Notes under the pieces: model-generated
What the model was told of the DNA's origin: nothing
Databases searched by the model: none
Seen by the model: the letters and a program-made list of their open reading frames with translations, nothing else
Shown: one piece after another, positions 49,201 through 57,560 of the stretch
How the letters are laid out: each line of letters begins with the position of its first letter
Numbering within the stretch: the first letter of the stretch is position 1
DNA from: a virus
DNA length: 64,000 nt
Strand: one strand, 5' to 3'
IMG/VR virus record: IMGVR_UViG_3300035670_000085
Span: 35,897-99,896 of that record
Position numbers and translations under genes: made by a program

Positions 49201-50223
49201 TCATTAAAAAGTATAGTTTATGGAGATAGAAATATTGCAATAGGAAATAACGCCCTATCTGTAAATGATGGTGATTATAATGTTGGTATTGGTCGAAAAT
49301 CTTTATATAGCAACACATCCGGTTATGAAAATATAGCAATTGGAGATTATGCATTATACTCTAACGTATCGGGTTATGATAATACTGCTATAGGAGTTAA
49401 TGCCGGAAATTATCTTACAGGAGACAATAATACATTGCTTGGTGCATATGTATATAATAATTGTACATCTGGAAATAACAATACTGCTATCGGCTATCAG
49501 GCAATGTTTGGGGGAGGTGGGAGTACAGTTAATAATAGTATAGCTATTGGTTTCAATTCATTATATAATATCCAATCTGGAACAAATATTGCTATTGGAA
49601 ATTTCGCAGGATATACCCTTCAAGCGGGACAATATAATGTCATGTTTGGAAATTACGCTAATTATTCTAATCCCAATGGCGGATATAATGTTGCTATTGG
49701 ATACAATGCTTTATATCTCAATATTACCAACAATAACGTAGCAGTAGGTTATCAAGCTGGTAATTCAATTACCTCTGGCTCTTCTAACGTTATTATCGGT
49801 TATGATGCTGACCTTGCATCTAACACTAATTCAAACTCTATTGTAATAGGATCTGGAGCTACTTCAACTGCGAATAATCAAACATTTATAGGAAACGCAT
49901 CAACCACCTCAACAATCATTAAGGGTATTTATGGCAATCAAAATGGTTCTAATCCTTATGTGAGGGTTGGCTCTGACGGTACTTTATACGAAGACAATAA
50001 TGCTCCTTCTGGTGGGGTTAATATTTTAGAAGAAATTTTTACAGCTACTGCATCACAAACAGATTTTGTATTAACTAATTCTCCAACAGATGAAAATGGT
50101 GTCTGGGTATTTATCGATGCGGCATATTCAGCAACAGATCAATATAGCATATCTACTAATACTTTATCATTGAGCTCTGGTTTAGTTGGTGGAGAAAAAG
50201 TAGTTATTAAATATATATACTAA
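46297..50223 (+). CDS. Long beta-roll (N-x-A-x-G repeat) fibre/adhesin-like protein (module B gene 4)
   Basis: Many ~14-aa NxAIGxxA repeats; internal tandem duplication. Confidence 0.75.
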   Translation: MDRVRVFKLENPTNGTENNRRQQLLDFNEDYIAVKGISFENLESSSIDIVSGTSGTDIQFKDTVNGTIKLSELVDRGFSTYTTTSSAETATGSDNDLCYVVETETFYRYEATGSSYTDDNKWVLSTGNGGTTRWIGIAGKYIYTTSNAFYGFKSAISNSSGLYNTSFGMNSLYTNSTGSSNVAIGHNALYANNDDQNTAIGKSAGSQATSGYNTFIGAGSAYNVTSGGNNVAIGYSALYGAISPTFATGTNNVAIGYESAKSVSTASRLVFAGYRSGYTNTTGADNIFIGSSSGYSNSTGGNIIAIGTSALYSNTTGSNIAIGYQAGYSNTSATSITYIGHQAGQYATGNSNIALGFQAYKGVNGQTTGTNNTTIGANAFYGLTSGSYGIAIGSSAGYTLTTGTDNIAIGYRAGYLNSTGNYQIAIGTDALYNTTSSNNTAVGYKAGESNTSGGSHVLIGYEAGRYSTGSLSNTYVGDRAGKGAAGTNSGYYNTGFGGGALQLITSGHDNMAIGQQSLQQCSSGSYNTAVGTNSGIFTGTGSYNTYIGNATGQNVTNCSNNIFIGASSGASFYGTSQTLAYNIAIGLGSSSSLVSSSYNITLGANTGLINNYNNYNILIGHDAGNSVQSDNNVAIGYRTLGYKGTSAAQERSRVITVADVSGSLDGKYFILYSTTTTYWVWYDVNNGSTPPSPSSGETLVEVDISTNATAATVATNTKTAINAISGTPFLAFIEASGTNYLGIVCKLAGNNTNTTDGAAPTGFTISTVIAGAGTSTTGADNTAIGYKSLYNLSSGYGNVTGGYQAGDTITTGYNNIIFGYDADVNATVYNTIVLGANASSTVNNQILIGNSSHTTAIIKGIYGNENGVNPYVRVGSDGTLYEDNNPPTGGSGVTTYTTVTAAEAASGSDNDICYVVETETFYRYESSGSSYTDDNKWILSTGDGGDTRWIGVSGKYTYTTDNLFYGLGSLKSIVYGDRNIAIGNNALSVNDGDYNVGIGRKSLYSNTSGYENIAIGDYALYSNVSGYDNTAIGVNAGNYLTGDNNTLLGAYVYNNCTSGNNNTAIGYQAMFGGGGSTVNNSIAIGFNSLYNIQSGTNIAIGNFAGYTLQAGQYNVMFGNYANYSNPNGGYNVAIGYNALYLNITNNNVAVGYQAGNSITSGSSNVIIGYDADLASNTNSNSIVIGSGATSTANNQTFIGNASTTSTIIKGIYGNQNGSNPYVRVGSDGTLYEDNNAPSGGVNILEEIFTATASQTDFVLTNSPTDENGVWVFIDAAYSATDQYSISTNTLSLSSGLVGGEKVVIKYIY

Positions 50224-50237
50224 AAGGATAGAAGCAT

Positions 50238-50426
50238 ATGGATAAAATAACTCCAAAATCAGTAAATTTTTTAAGTTCGGATGGAATATTCCATTTGTTT
50301 GCTCAAACAGTATCAAATGATTATACAGTAGCTTCAACAGTAAATGCTTTATCTGTTGGGCCAGTTTCAGTAGACGATGGAGTTACTGTAACTGTTGAAG
50401 ATGGTGGAATCTGGACAATTGTATAA
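50238..50426 (+). CDS. Small fibre adaptor-like protein
   Basis: NALSVGPVSV-x2-GVTVTV-x2-G-x2-WTIV. Confidence 0.5.
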   Translation: MDKITPKSVNFLSSDGIFHLFAQTVSNDYTVASTVNALSVGPVSVDDGVTVTVEDGGIWTIV

Positions 50427-50448
50427 AATTAGGAGAATACTAATATAT

Positions 50449-51156
50449 ATGAGCACATTAAAAGTAGATAATATTGAACCAAGAACAGGAACATCCATTA
50501 CACTAGCCGGTGGTCTTGTATTGCCTTCATGGGTTACAAGTACTTCATATACAACTGGAATGATGGTGTTAAAAGGAAATACAGTCTATATTTGTATTTC
50601 GGATCACACTTCTGGAACTTTTGCAACAGATTGGCTTACAAATAGTTATTGGGTTACAAATGGATCTGCTCCGGGAACTGTAACTATGCTTGGAAAATCA
50701 ACGACAATAACAGGACATTTACTCTGTGATGGTTCAGCAGTTTCTAGAACAACATATGCAGACTTATTTGCAGTAATTGGAACTACATATGGTGCTGGAG
50801 ATACTACAACAACATTTAATCTTCCAGATTTTAGGGGGGTGTATCCAAAAGGTGCTGGAACTACAAATAGAGCAGCTGGAAAGGATGCAAGCGGAAATTT
50901 TTACGCCGCAACACTTGGTACATATACAACCGATAAAATGCAAGGTCACTATCACACCATTAAAGATATGGAAGGGGGCGGTGGTTCGCTGAGAAATTAC
51001 ACGGTTTCCGGCTCCCCACAAACAAATACGGGAGCGGGAATTGCGGTTGATTTAGGTGTATTGGAACCAATAACAGACGGAACAAATGATACACCCAGAA
51101 CCGGACACACAACAGAGCCCCAGAACTTGGGGATTACTTTTATAATTAAATATTAA
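50449..51156 (+). CDS. Tail fibre protein with tail-collar domain
   Basis: LLCDGSAVSRTTYADLFAVIGTTYG...TFNLPDFRG; H-x-H; P-x-N...FIIKY. Confidence 0.85.
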   Translation: MSTLKVDNIEPRTGTSITLAGGLVLPSWVTSTSYTTGMMVLKGNTVYICISDHTSGTFATDWLTNSYWVTNGSAPGTVTMLGKSTTITGHLLCDGSAVSRTTYADLFAVIGTTYGAGDTTTTFNLPDFRGVYPKGAGTTNRAAGKDASGNFYAATLGTYTTDKMQGHYHTIKDMEGGGGSLRNYTVSGSPQTNTGAGIAVDLGVLEPITDGTNDTPRTGHTTEPQNLGITFIIKY

Positions 51157-51167
51157 GGATATATTTT

Positions 51168-51962
51168 ATGTCAACAGTTGAAGTAAATACAATTAAACCA
51201 TCAACAGGAAATACTACAACATTTTCTAATACAACAGAATCATCCTCTTCTACAACAGGAGCAGTAGTTATTTCTGGTGGTGTTGGAATTGCTAAAAATG
51301 TGAATATAGCAGGAACATTATCTGCAACAACTTCTATATTACCAGATAAAGCGTCTATATCTTCTGGATCAGGGGCTCCATCATCAACTCCGGAAAAAAT
51401 TGGAGATTTATATGTTGATACAATAAATAAACTATTGTATACTGCTGATGGAAATTCTTCAAGTGCAAATTGGGTTATACAGTCTCCAGCTTCAAAAATT
51501 GGTATGATGACAACAAGTAATTGGGCCGATGTTAGTTGGGGAAAAGATAACGTAGGAGCAACAAGATTCATGGCATATCAAACAGGATATGTTTCAACAA
51601 TTGCAATGTGGATAAACTCCAATACTAGTGGAACTAAAGTAAAATGTGCATTATATGCAAATTATTCTGATAGTTCTCGACCAAATGGAGCACCTCTTAC
51701 AATAAGTGATGAAGTTACATTGGATGGTGTTGCAATGAAAATATGGTTATTTGATTTTTCAACTCCTTATAAAATAACAAAAGGAACTAATTATTGGTTA
51801 GCTTTCAATTTTGGCACATACAATTCAAACCCCATGCGTATTGGGACATCAGCTATTCCAATGTGTCAATATTGGTCACAATCTTATAATTCTGGAAATA
51901 GTTTTTTAACAATATCAGGAGCGGGTACAAATGAAAAAGGGATAGCAATGTTTGGTTATTAA
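51168..51962 (+). CDS. Tail fibre/receptor-binding-like protein
   Basis: N-terminal motif shared with neighbours; GSGAP...GDLYVDT. Confidence 0.6.
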   Translation: MSTVEVNTIKPSTGNTTTFSNTTESSSSTTGAVVISGGVGIAKNVNIAGTLSATTSILPDKASISSGSGAPSSTPEKIGDLYVDTINKLLYTADGNSSSANWVIQSPASKIGMMTTSNWADVSWGKDNVGATRFMAYQTGYVSTIAMWINSNTSGTKVKCALYANYSDSSRPNGAPLTISDEVTLDGVAMKIWLFDFSTPYKITKGTNYWLAFNFGTYNSNPMRIGTSAIPMCQYWSQSYNSGNSFLTISGAGTNEKGIAMFGY

Positions 51963-51991
51963 TCCTATTTATTAAAAGAGAGTATACAATA

Positions 51992-53056
51992 ATGGCTGGA
52001 ATTTTAAAAGTTGACGAATTACAAAAATCTTCTGCATCAAATATAACAATATCTGATTCTATAACTATATCTGATGATACTGAATCTACATCATCGAGTA
52101 CAGGATCTTTAATAGTTTCTGGTGGTGTTGGAATTGCTAAAAATGTGAATATAGCAGGGACATCTACATTAGCTACATTAAATGTTACCGGGGTGACTTC
52201 TGCTGTTAAAATAAGTACTGCAACCAAAACAGCAGATTATACAGTATTAGATGATGATGGATACGAACAAATATTTGTCAATCCTACAGGTAAGACAATA
52301 ACTATAACTCTCCCTACTGCATCAGCAAATACAGGTAGACGATTGATTGTAAAAGTTACTCATGCTGGTGGTGCTGTAACTGTAAATGGTGAAGGGAGTG
52401 AAACAATTGATGGTGCAACAACTTTTGTCATGCAATCACAATATGACTTTTTAGATATTACTTGTAATGGTACTACATGGTTTATAAATAGTTGCTATGC
52501 TAAATTAGATACTGGTTGGATAAACACGGCCGATGAAACTAATCGGGAGATGGGAAGCCAACAAGTTACATATAACGGGGCGTCTGGGTCCTTTACACTG
52601 GGGGAAACAATCACTGAAGCAACTAGCAATAATACCGGAATTATTATAGCTGATAGTGGGACTGTGCTAACACTCAAAAATGTAACTGGAACAGGAGTTT
52701 TTACTAACGGGCGACAAATAACGGGATCAACGTCGTCTGTTACTGCAAATGTAAACGGAAATACAATAAACCAAGATACTAATGTTACTCATAATTTTTC
52801 TTTGTCTCTGGCGTCCCCATTAGAGGTTTCGTACTATTACTCAACCGATAAAGCGGAAAATACAACGATATATATGCCCCTTACAATCGAATCAGATGGG
52901 GCCGTATATAATTTTTCACTCTTTGGCGTGAGCACATCTGCAGTAAAAGTTCAATCCGGCGCACAGGGGATGGTATGGGTTGCCGAGAATGGCACGTCAA
53001 CCCCCATAACTGCAACTAGTATATATTATAAATTACTTGTGGAGTATAAAAAATAA
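51992..53056 (+). CDS. Tail fibre/receptor-binding-like protein
   Basis: KTADYT...TITLPTA...ETIDG...NGTTW domain; 43 nt identical to the 51168 gene. Confidence 0.6.
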   Translation: MAGILKVDELQKSSASNITISDSITISDDTESTSSSTGSLIVSGGVGIAKNVNIAGTSTLATLNVTGVTSAVKISTATKTADYTVLDDDGYEQIFVNPTGKTITITLPTASANTGRRLIVKVTHAGGAVTVNGEGSETIDGATTFVMQSQYDFLDITCNGTTWFINSCYAKLDTGWINTADETNREMGSQQVTYNGASGSFTLGETITEATSNNTGIIIADSGTVLTLKNVTGTGVFTNGRQITGSTSSVTANVNGNTINQDTNVTHNFSLSLASPLEVSYYYSTDKAENTTIYMPLTIESDGAVYNFSLFGVSTSAVKVQSGAQGMVWVAENGTSTPITATSIYYKLLVEYKK

Positions 53057-53650
53057 TGAAAACAATAACATCAAGAAAACCAGAAAGTATAGTTATAGAA
53101 TCAGGGGAAGAAATATTATATGATATGTCTCAATGGCCAGAAAGTTCACCCGGTCAACCTTATAGAAAATCTGAAGTGTTGTGGGATGAAGTAAATGAAG
53201 TTATAGTTTTAAAAACACAAGCACAATTGGATAGTGAAAATGCTTTAAAACAACTTGTTGAAACTGATAAAGAAATGAATAGAAAATTAGAAGATCACGT
53301 TGATTTACTAATTTCAAAAGGGTTAGTTGAAATTGAAGATTATCCAGTTCAATTTCAAGAAGTTTATAATTTGAGAAAGGAATTGAGAACAAAATTAATT
53401 TAAAATATATTAGAGGTAACTAATTATGTCAGACACTTTTGAATTTAAAAACCCAGAAGAGCAATTGCCAGAAGTAAAAAAAGAAATAGTTCAGACAGTA
53501 ACTACTCAAATTCAAACTATTTTTAGAATTGAGGATTTACAAGAAGAAATGAATAGAATTGATTCGGAAATTGCTATGCTTCAAGGTCGTAAAGCAACAT
53601 TACAAGCGAAAATTGATGCAGCAGCAATAGCATTAAATATTACATTATAA
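53056..53650 (+). CDS. Two small fibre-associated hypothetical genes (53056-53403, 53426-53650)
   Basis: Position after fibre genes; helical. Confidence 0.45.
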
Positions 53651-53656
53651 AATAAG

Positions 53657-53670
53657 ACTACTAATAAATA
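53657..53670 (+). promoter_or_regulatory. Late promoter variant
   Basis: ACTACTAATAAATA. Confidence 0.6.
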
Positions 53671-53696
53671 AACTATAATATAAAAGGAGAAATATT

Positions 53697-54173
53697 ATGA
53701 AAAATATTGATTTATTAGATTTGTCTTATGTTTTAGAAAATGTAGATACTAAAGAATCATCAGTAAAATTTAAATATTTTATTTCAAAAAATAAACAAAA
53801 TATTGATGGTCAAGTTAAGATTTTAAAAGACTTGATAAAACCCTCTGATGAATACATGAAAGTAGAAAATGAAAGAATAGCTATATGTGAAAAATATAGT
53901 GTTAAAAACGAAAATAATGAGCCTATTAAAGAAAAAAGTGGTTACATTATTTCAAATGATAAAATAGAAGAATTTAATAAAGAAATTAAAAATTTATTTG
54001 ATGAAAATGATTCAATTTTGAAAAAAGAAATAGAAAAGTCTAAAGAAATAGAGGCTATATTACAAGAAGAAATTACTAATATAGTATTAGATAAAATAAA
54101 TATTAATGATTTGCCAAATAATGTGCAACAAATAGAGATGGATATTCTGGTTAAACTTGACCTAATTTATTAA
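53697..54173 (+). CDS. Hypothetical helical protein
   Basis: Strong AGGAG SD. Confidence 0.6.
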   Translation: MKNIDLLDLSYVLENVDTKESSVKFKYFISKNKQNIDGQVKILKDLIKPSDEYMKVENERIAICEKYSVKNENNEPIKEKSGYIISNDKIEEFNKEIKNLFDENDSILKKEIEKSKEIEAILQEEITNIVLDKININDLPNNVQQIEMDILVKLDLIY

Positions 54174-54178
54174 AAAAT

Positions 54179-54192
54179 TATACTAATAAATA
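54179..54192 (+). promoter_or_regulatory. Late promoter
   Basis: Exact motif. Confidence 0.8.
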
Positions 54193-54204
54193 TAGGTTAA
54201 TAAA

Positions 54205-54636
54205 ATGCCAGCAATAATATTAAAACTTATTTCTTTTATACCAATGATATGGGAAATTATTAAAAAAATAATTCCCTTTATTCACAAAAAAGAAGAAACA
54301 TTGATAGCTTTTTGTGATGATTATGGTTCTTTTTATGATTTTAAAGAGCATGTTGTAATTCCTGATTACGATGTATTGCATAAAAGTTTGATGAAGGTTA
54401 TTAAAAGAGCTAGAAAAAAAGGAGAAGTTTTAATTCTTAATTTTTCTGATATGAAACAATTTAATAACGATACTTCTGAAGCTATTAGAGAATGTTTGAG
54501 AGATGCCGTTATTCATAATAATATAAGACTTAGAGCTATTTTTCCTAAAAAAGGAATGAATGATTTATATAAAGAATTATCAAAATTGATAAACCAAAAA
54601 GATTGTAAATCTATAAGCATAAAAAGGGTTGGTTAA
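54205..54636 (+). CDS. Hypothetical protein, possibly STAS-like
   Basis: VLILNFSDMKQFN strand-helix pattern; hydrophobic N-terminus. Confidence 0.3.
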   Translation: MPAIILKLISFIPMIWEIIKKIIPFIHKKEETLIAFCDDYGSFYDFKEHVVIPDYDVLHKSLMKVIKRARKKGEVLILNFSDMKQFNNDTSEAIRECLRDAVIHNNIRLRAIFPKKGMNDLYKELSKLINQKDCKSISIKRVG

Positions 54637-54637
54637 A

Positions 54638-54937
54638 ATGATAATAGTTTCTTATTTTGCCGATGAAGATTCTAACCCTATAACTGGATTAACACCAACT
54701 ATAAAAATATATGATGTTATAACGTATGAACAATCTGTTTCATCTGGTTCAATGGAAGAGATTGATAATGCTGATGATGCTGGTTGGTATAAATATGATT
54801 TTACAACAGTTGATTTATCTCATACATATACAGTTAATATTGATGGTGGTAATACTCTCGATAGTTTTATACGTTATCAAAACGCAATAGTAGTTCCAGA
54901 AATACCACAAAGACCAGTAGTAGATTTTGGAAATTAA
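54638..54937 (+). CDS. Ig-like beta virion protein candidate
   Basis: PITGL-x-PTIKI...GWYKYDF. Confidence 0.45.
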   Translation: MIIVSYFADEDSNPITGLTPTIKIYDVITYEQSVSSGSMEEIDNADDAGWYKYDFTTVDLSHTYTVNIDGGNTLDSFIRYQNAIVVPEIPQRPVVDFGN

Positions 54938-55115
54938 TTATGATTTATAAACAGATTTTAAAAGATAAAGAATTATTATATACAGAATATATTATTATTA
55001 AAAATTTAATTAGAATAAAAGAAAGTGAATTTAAAAATAATAATCAATATTTAGATTTTTTAATTTTTAAAAATATACCAAGATATTTAACAAATAGACT
55101 TGGCGAGGTATTGTA

Positions 55116-56177
55116 ATGGCAAGTAAGAATCAGACTAGAGTAGCACAGGGAAGTACTCTCACAACCGATATATTTTTATATGCATATTCCGGAGGAGCTT
55201 TAACAGATGCAGATTCTACTCCAACATATGTGATAAAAAATCCTGATGGTGATACTGTATATACTGATTTTGCAAATAGAATTTCTATTGGATATTATAC
55301 TGCTTCATATGATGTACCAGCAGATGCAACGATATCTGAAGATTGGTCAATAGAATGGACTATTTATCTTCGTAGTGTTTTAGTTCCGGGAGCTACTGAA
55401 AATTTTATAGTTGTAGAATCTGGATTACCTGATTTTGGAGATTCCATTGTAATTGAAGATAAATGGATGAGGCAAATAAAACGAATCATTGGTTTTCCTA
55501 AAGTTACAAAATTGATATTAACTGATGATGAGATAAAAGAATTATGTGTTGAGCCTGCTCTTAGAGAATACTTTAAAAAATTTCCAAAACGTTTAGTATA
55601 CGAACAATGGGTTAATAGAGATTCTAAATACGAAATTGCTTTTCCTGCAGAATCTGTTTTTGGAGTTATAGATGCAAGAATAACTGATAGGAGAACTGCT
55701 ACTGTTGGCAGTCAATCATCATTTTGGGAACTTATTAAATTTCAACAATTTGGTGGTTCTAATATCACTCTTTATGGAGTTAAAGGTTTTAATCCAAACG
55801 CATTACGACAATCTAATTTAACACAATTTCAAGGATTAAACGCTTATAGAAAAACATATAAAACTGAATTTATTGAGATGGAATTAGATGAACGAAAATT
55901 ACATGTATATACTAATCAAGAAGGAACTCTTCAGGTTGATTGGGCATTATGGTCTAATAATTTTGAAGATGTAAGATATCAGCAAATAGAAAATGTTATA
56001 AAATTGTCTCAAAGTTATGTATTGCGACAAGTAGCTGATTTAACTGGATTAATGACAGATGCAGACGTTTCAATTAGTATGAATGCAGAAGAATTAAAAA
56101 CTAAAGCCGATGATTTGCGTGAAAAAGTATTTGAAGAATGGAATGAAATTACAGATATAGTAATGATTAAAATGTAA
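55116..56177 (+). CDS. Neck/head-completion protein (gp13-like) with Ig-like N-terminus
   Basis: IKR-x2-G-x-P...LTDDEI...AL-x2-Y and C-terminal N-x-EEL-x3-A; upstream of sheath. Confidence 0.6.
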   Translation: MASKNQTRVAQGSTLTTDIFLYAYSGGALTDADSTPTYVIKNPDGDTVYTDFANRISIGYYTASYDVPADATISEDWSIEWTIYLRSVLVPGATENFIVVESGLPDFGDSIVIEDKWMRQIKRIIGFPKVTKLILTDDEIKELCVEPALREYFKKFPKRLVYEQWVNRDSKYEIAFPAESVFGVIDARITDRRTATVGSQSSFWELIKFQQFGGSNITLYGVKGFNPNALRQSNLTQFQGLNAYRKTYKTEFIEMELDERKLHVYTNQEGTLQVDWALWSNNFEDVRYQQIENVIKLSQSYVLRQVADLTGLMTDADVSISMNAEELKTKADDLREKVFEEWNEITDIVMIKM

Positions 56178-56192
56178 ATTTATAGAGGAAAA

Positions 56193-56414
56193 ATGAAAAA
56201 GTATAGAAGTATATTTCAAGAAGCTGAAGAAGATAAAACACAAGATTCTATTGATGAATTAATTACTATGAAACGCCTTGATACTGAAGAAGATAAAGGA
56301 AAATTTCTTGAACTTATAAAAGGAATCGTTTTTTCAAATAATTCTAAAGGAAATGAATTTTTGAATAAAATAAATGATTTCACTTCTACTTTAAAAAAAG
56401 AAGATATTGAGTAA
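56193..56414 (+). CDS. Leader-bearing putative internal head protein
   Basis: MKKYRSIFQE. Confidence 0.7.
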   Translation: MKKYRSIFQEAEEDKTQDSIDELITMKRLDTEEDKGKFLELIKGIVFSNNSKGNEFLNKINDFTSTLKKEDIE

Positions 56415-56426
56415 TATCTAATAAGT

Positions 56427-57503
56427 ATGAATGACAAAAAATGTAAATATTGTGGAACAATAGAAAATTTATGTACACGAACAATGAAGACAGGACAAGT
56501 CTTCATTTTAAATATTTGTAAAGAATGTCATTCTAGTTTAATTAGTAAAACAACTAAAAAAGCAATGTCAGAATTACCAGAAGATAAAAAAGAAAAATGT
56601 CAGAATGCTTTTAAGAATTTTTGGGAAACTTGTACAGAAGAACAAAAACAAAAAATTTTAGAGAAACGAAGTAATTCTATAAAAGAATCTGATAAAACAA
56701 ATAATAGAAAAGAAAAAATATCAGAATATTGGAAAACTTGTGATAATTCTATTATTGAAGAAAAAACTAAAAAACAATTAGAAACTATCAATAATAAGAC
56801 AGAAGAAGAGAGAAATCAAACTAAAGAAAAACAAAGTATATCTATGAGTTTTTATTGTCAAAGTGACGATGGAAAAGAACAAAGAAGTAAATCTTCTAAA
56901 AAAATGTGGTCTTCAAAATCTGAAGAAGAGAAAGAAGAAATTAATAAAAAACGTTCTATATCTTATAAAGAAAGCTATTCGCTCCTATCAAAAGAAGAAA
57001 AAGAGATACGTAGTCAAAATATGAAGACAGTAATGCTTAACTTACCAGAAGAAACTAAAAAAAGAAGAAGTGAAAAACTTTCTATAGCAAATGTAAAAAG
57101 GATAGAAAGAGCTATTTTTAACAGAACTCATAGAACATCAAAAGTTGAAGTTAAGTGTTTAGAATACATAAGAGAAAATATTGATGAAAATGTTCAATAT
57201 CAAGTAACTTATAAACACAATCATGATGGAAGAAATAGATATTGGATAATGGATTTTTATCTTCCGAAATTTGATTTGTATGTCAATTTAGACGGTGTTT
57301 ATTGGCATGGTCATTCTACTACAAATGAAAAATTAAAAGAAACTAAAATGGGCAAAGCTATTTTAAAATGTAAAGAGAAAGATATTTTACAAAATCAAGT
57401 TATTGATAATTTAGTTAGAATTTCTGATGTAGAATTTAACAAAAACCCTTTCACTTTGAACAGAATAATTGAATTTAGATTAGAAAATGATATGTCTTTT
57501 TAG
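56427..57503 (+). CDS. Free-standing homing endonuclease (Zn finger + basic helical repeats + Vsr-like domain)
   Basis: CKYC...CKEC; EE-x-K repeats; SKVE; MDFYLP..LYVNLDGVYWHG. Confidence 0.75.
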   Translation: MNDKKCKYCGTIENLCTRTMKTGQVFILNICKECHSSLISKTTKKAMSELPEDKKEKCQNAFKNFWETCTEEQKQKILEKRSNSIKESDKTNNRKEKISEYWKTCDNSIIEEKTKKQLETINNKTEEERNQTKEKQSISMSFYCQSDDGKEQRSKSSKKMWSSKSEEEKEEINKKRSISYKESYSLLSKEEKEIRSQNMKTVMLNLPEETKKRRSEKLSIANVKRIERAIFNRTHRTSKVEVKCLEYIRENIDENVQYQVTYKHNHDGRNRYWIMDFYLPKFDLYVNLDGVYWHGHSTTNEKLKETKMGKAILKCKEKDILQNQVIDNLVRISDVEFNKNPFTLNRIIEFRLENDMSF

Positions 57504-57510
57504 GGAATAT

Positions 57511-57524
57511 TATACTAATAAATA
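57511..57524 (+). promoter_or_regulatory. Late promoter of the sheath-tube operon
   Basis: Exact motif. Confidence 0.85.
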
Positions 57525-57560
57525 TAAGATTAGAATATAAGAAATAATGAGGTAAATATT

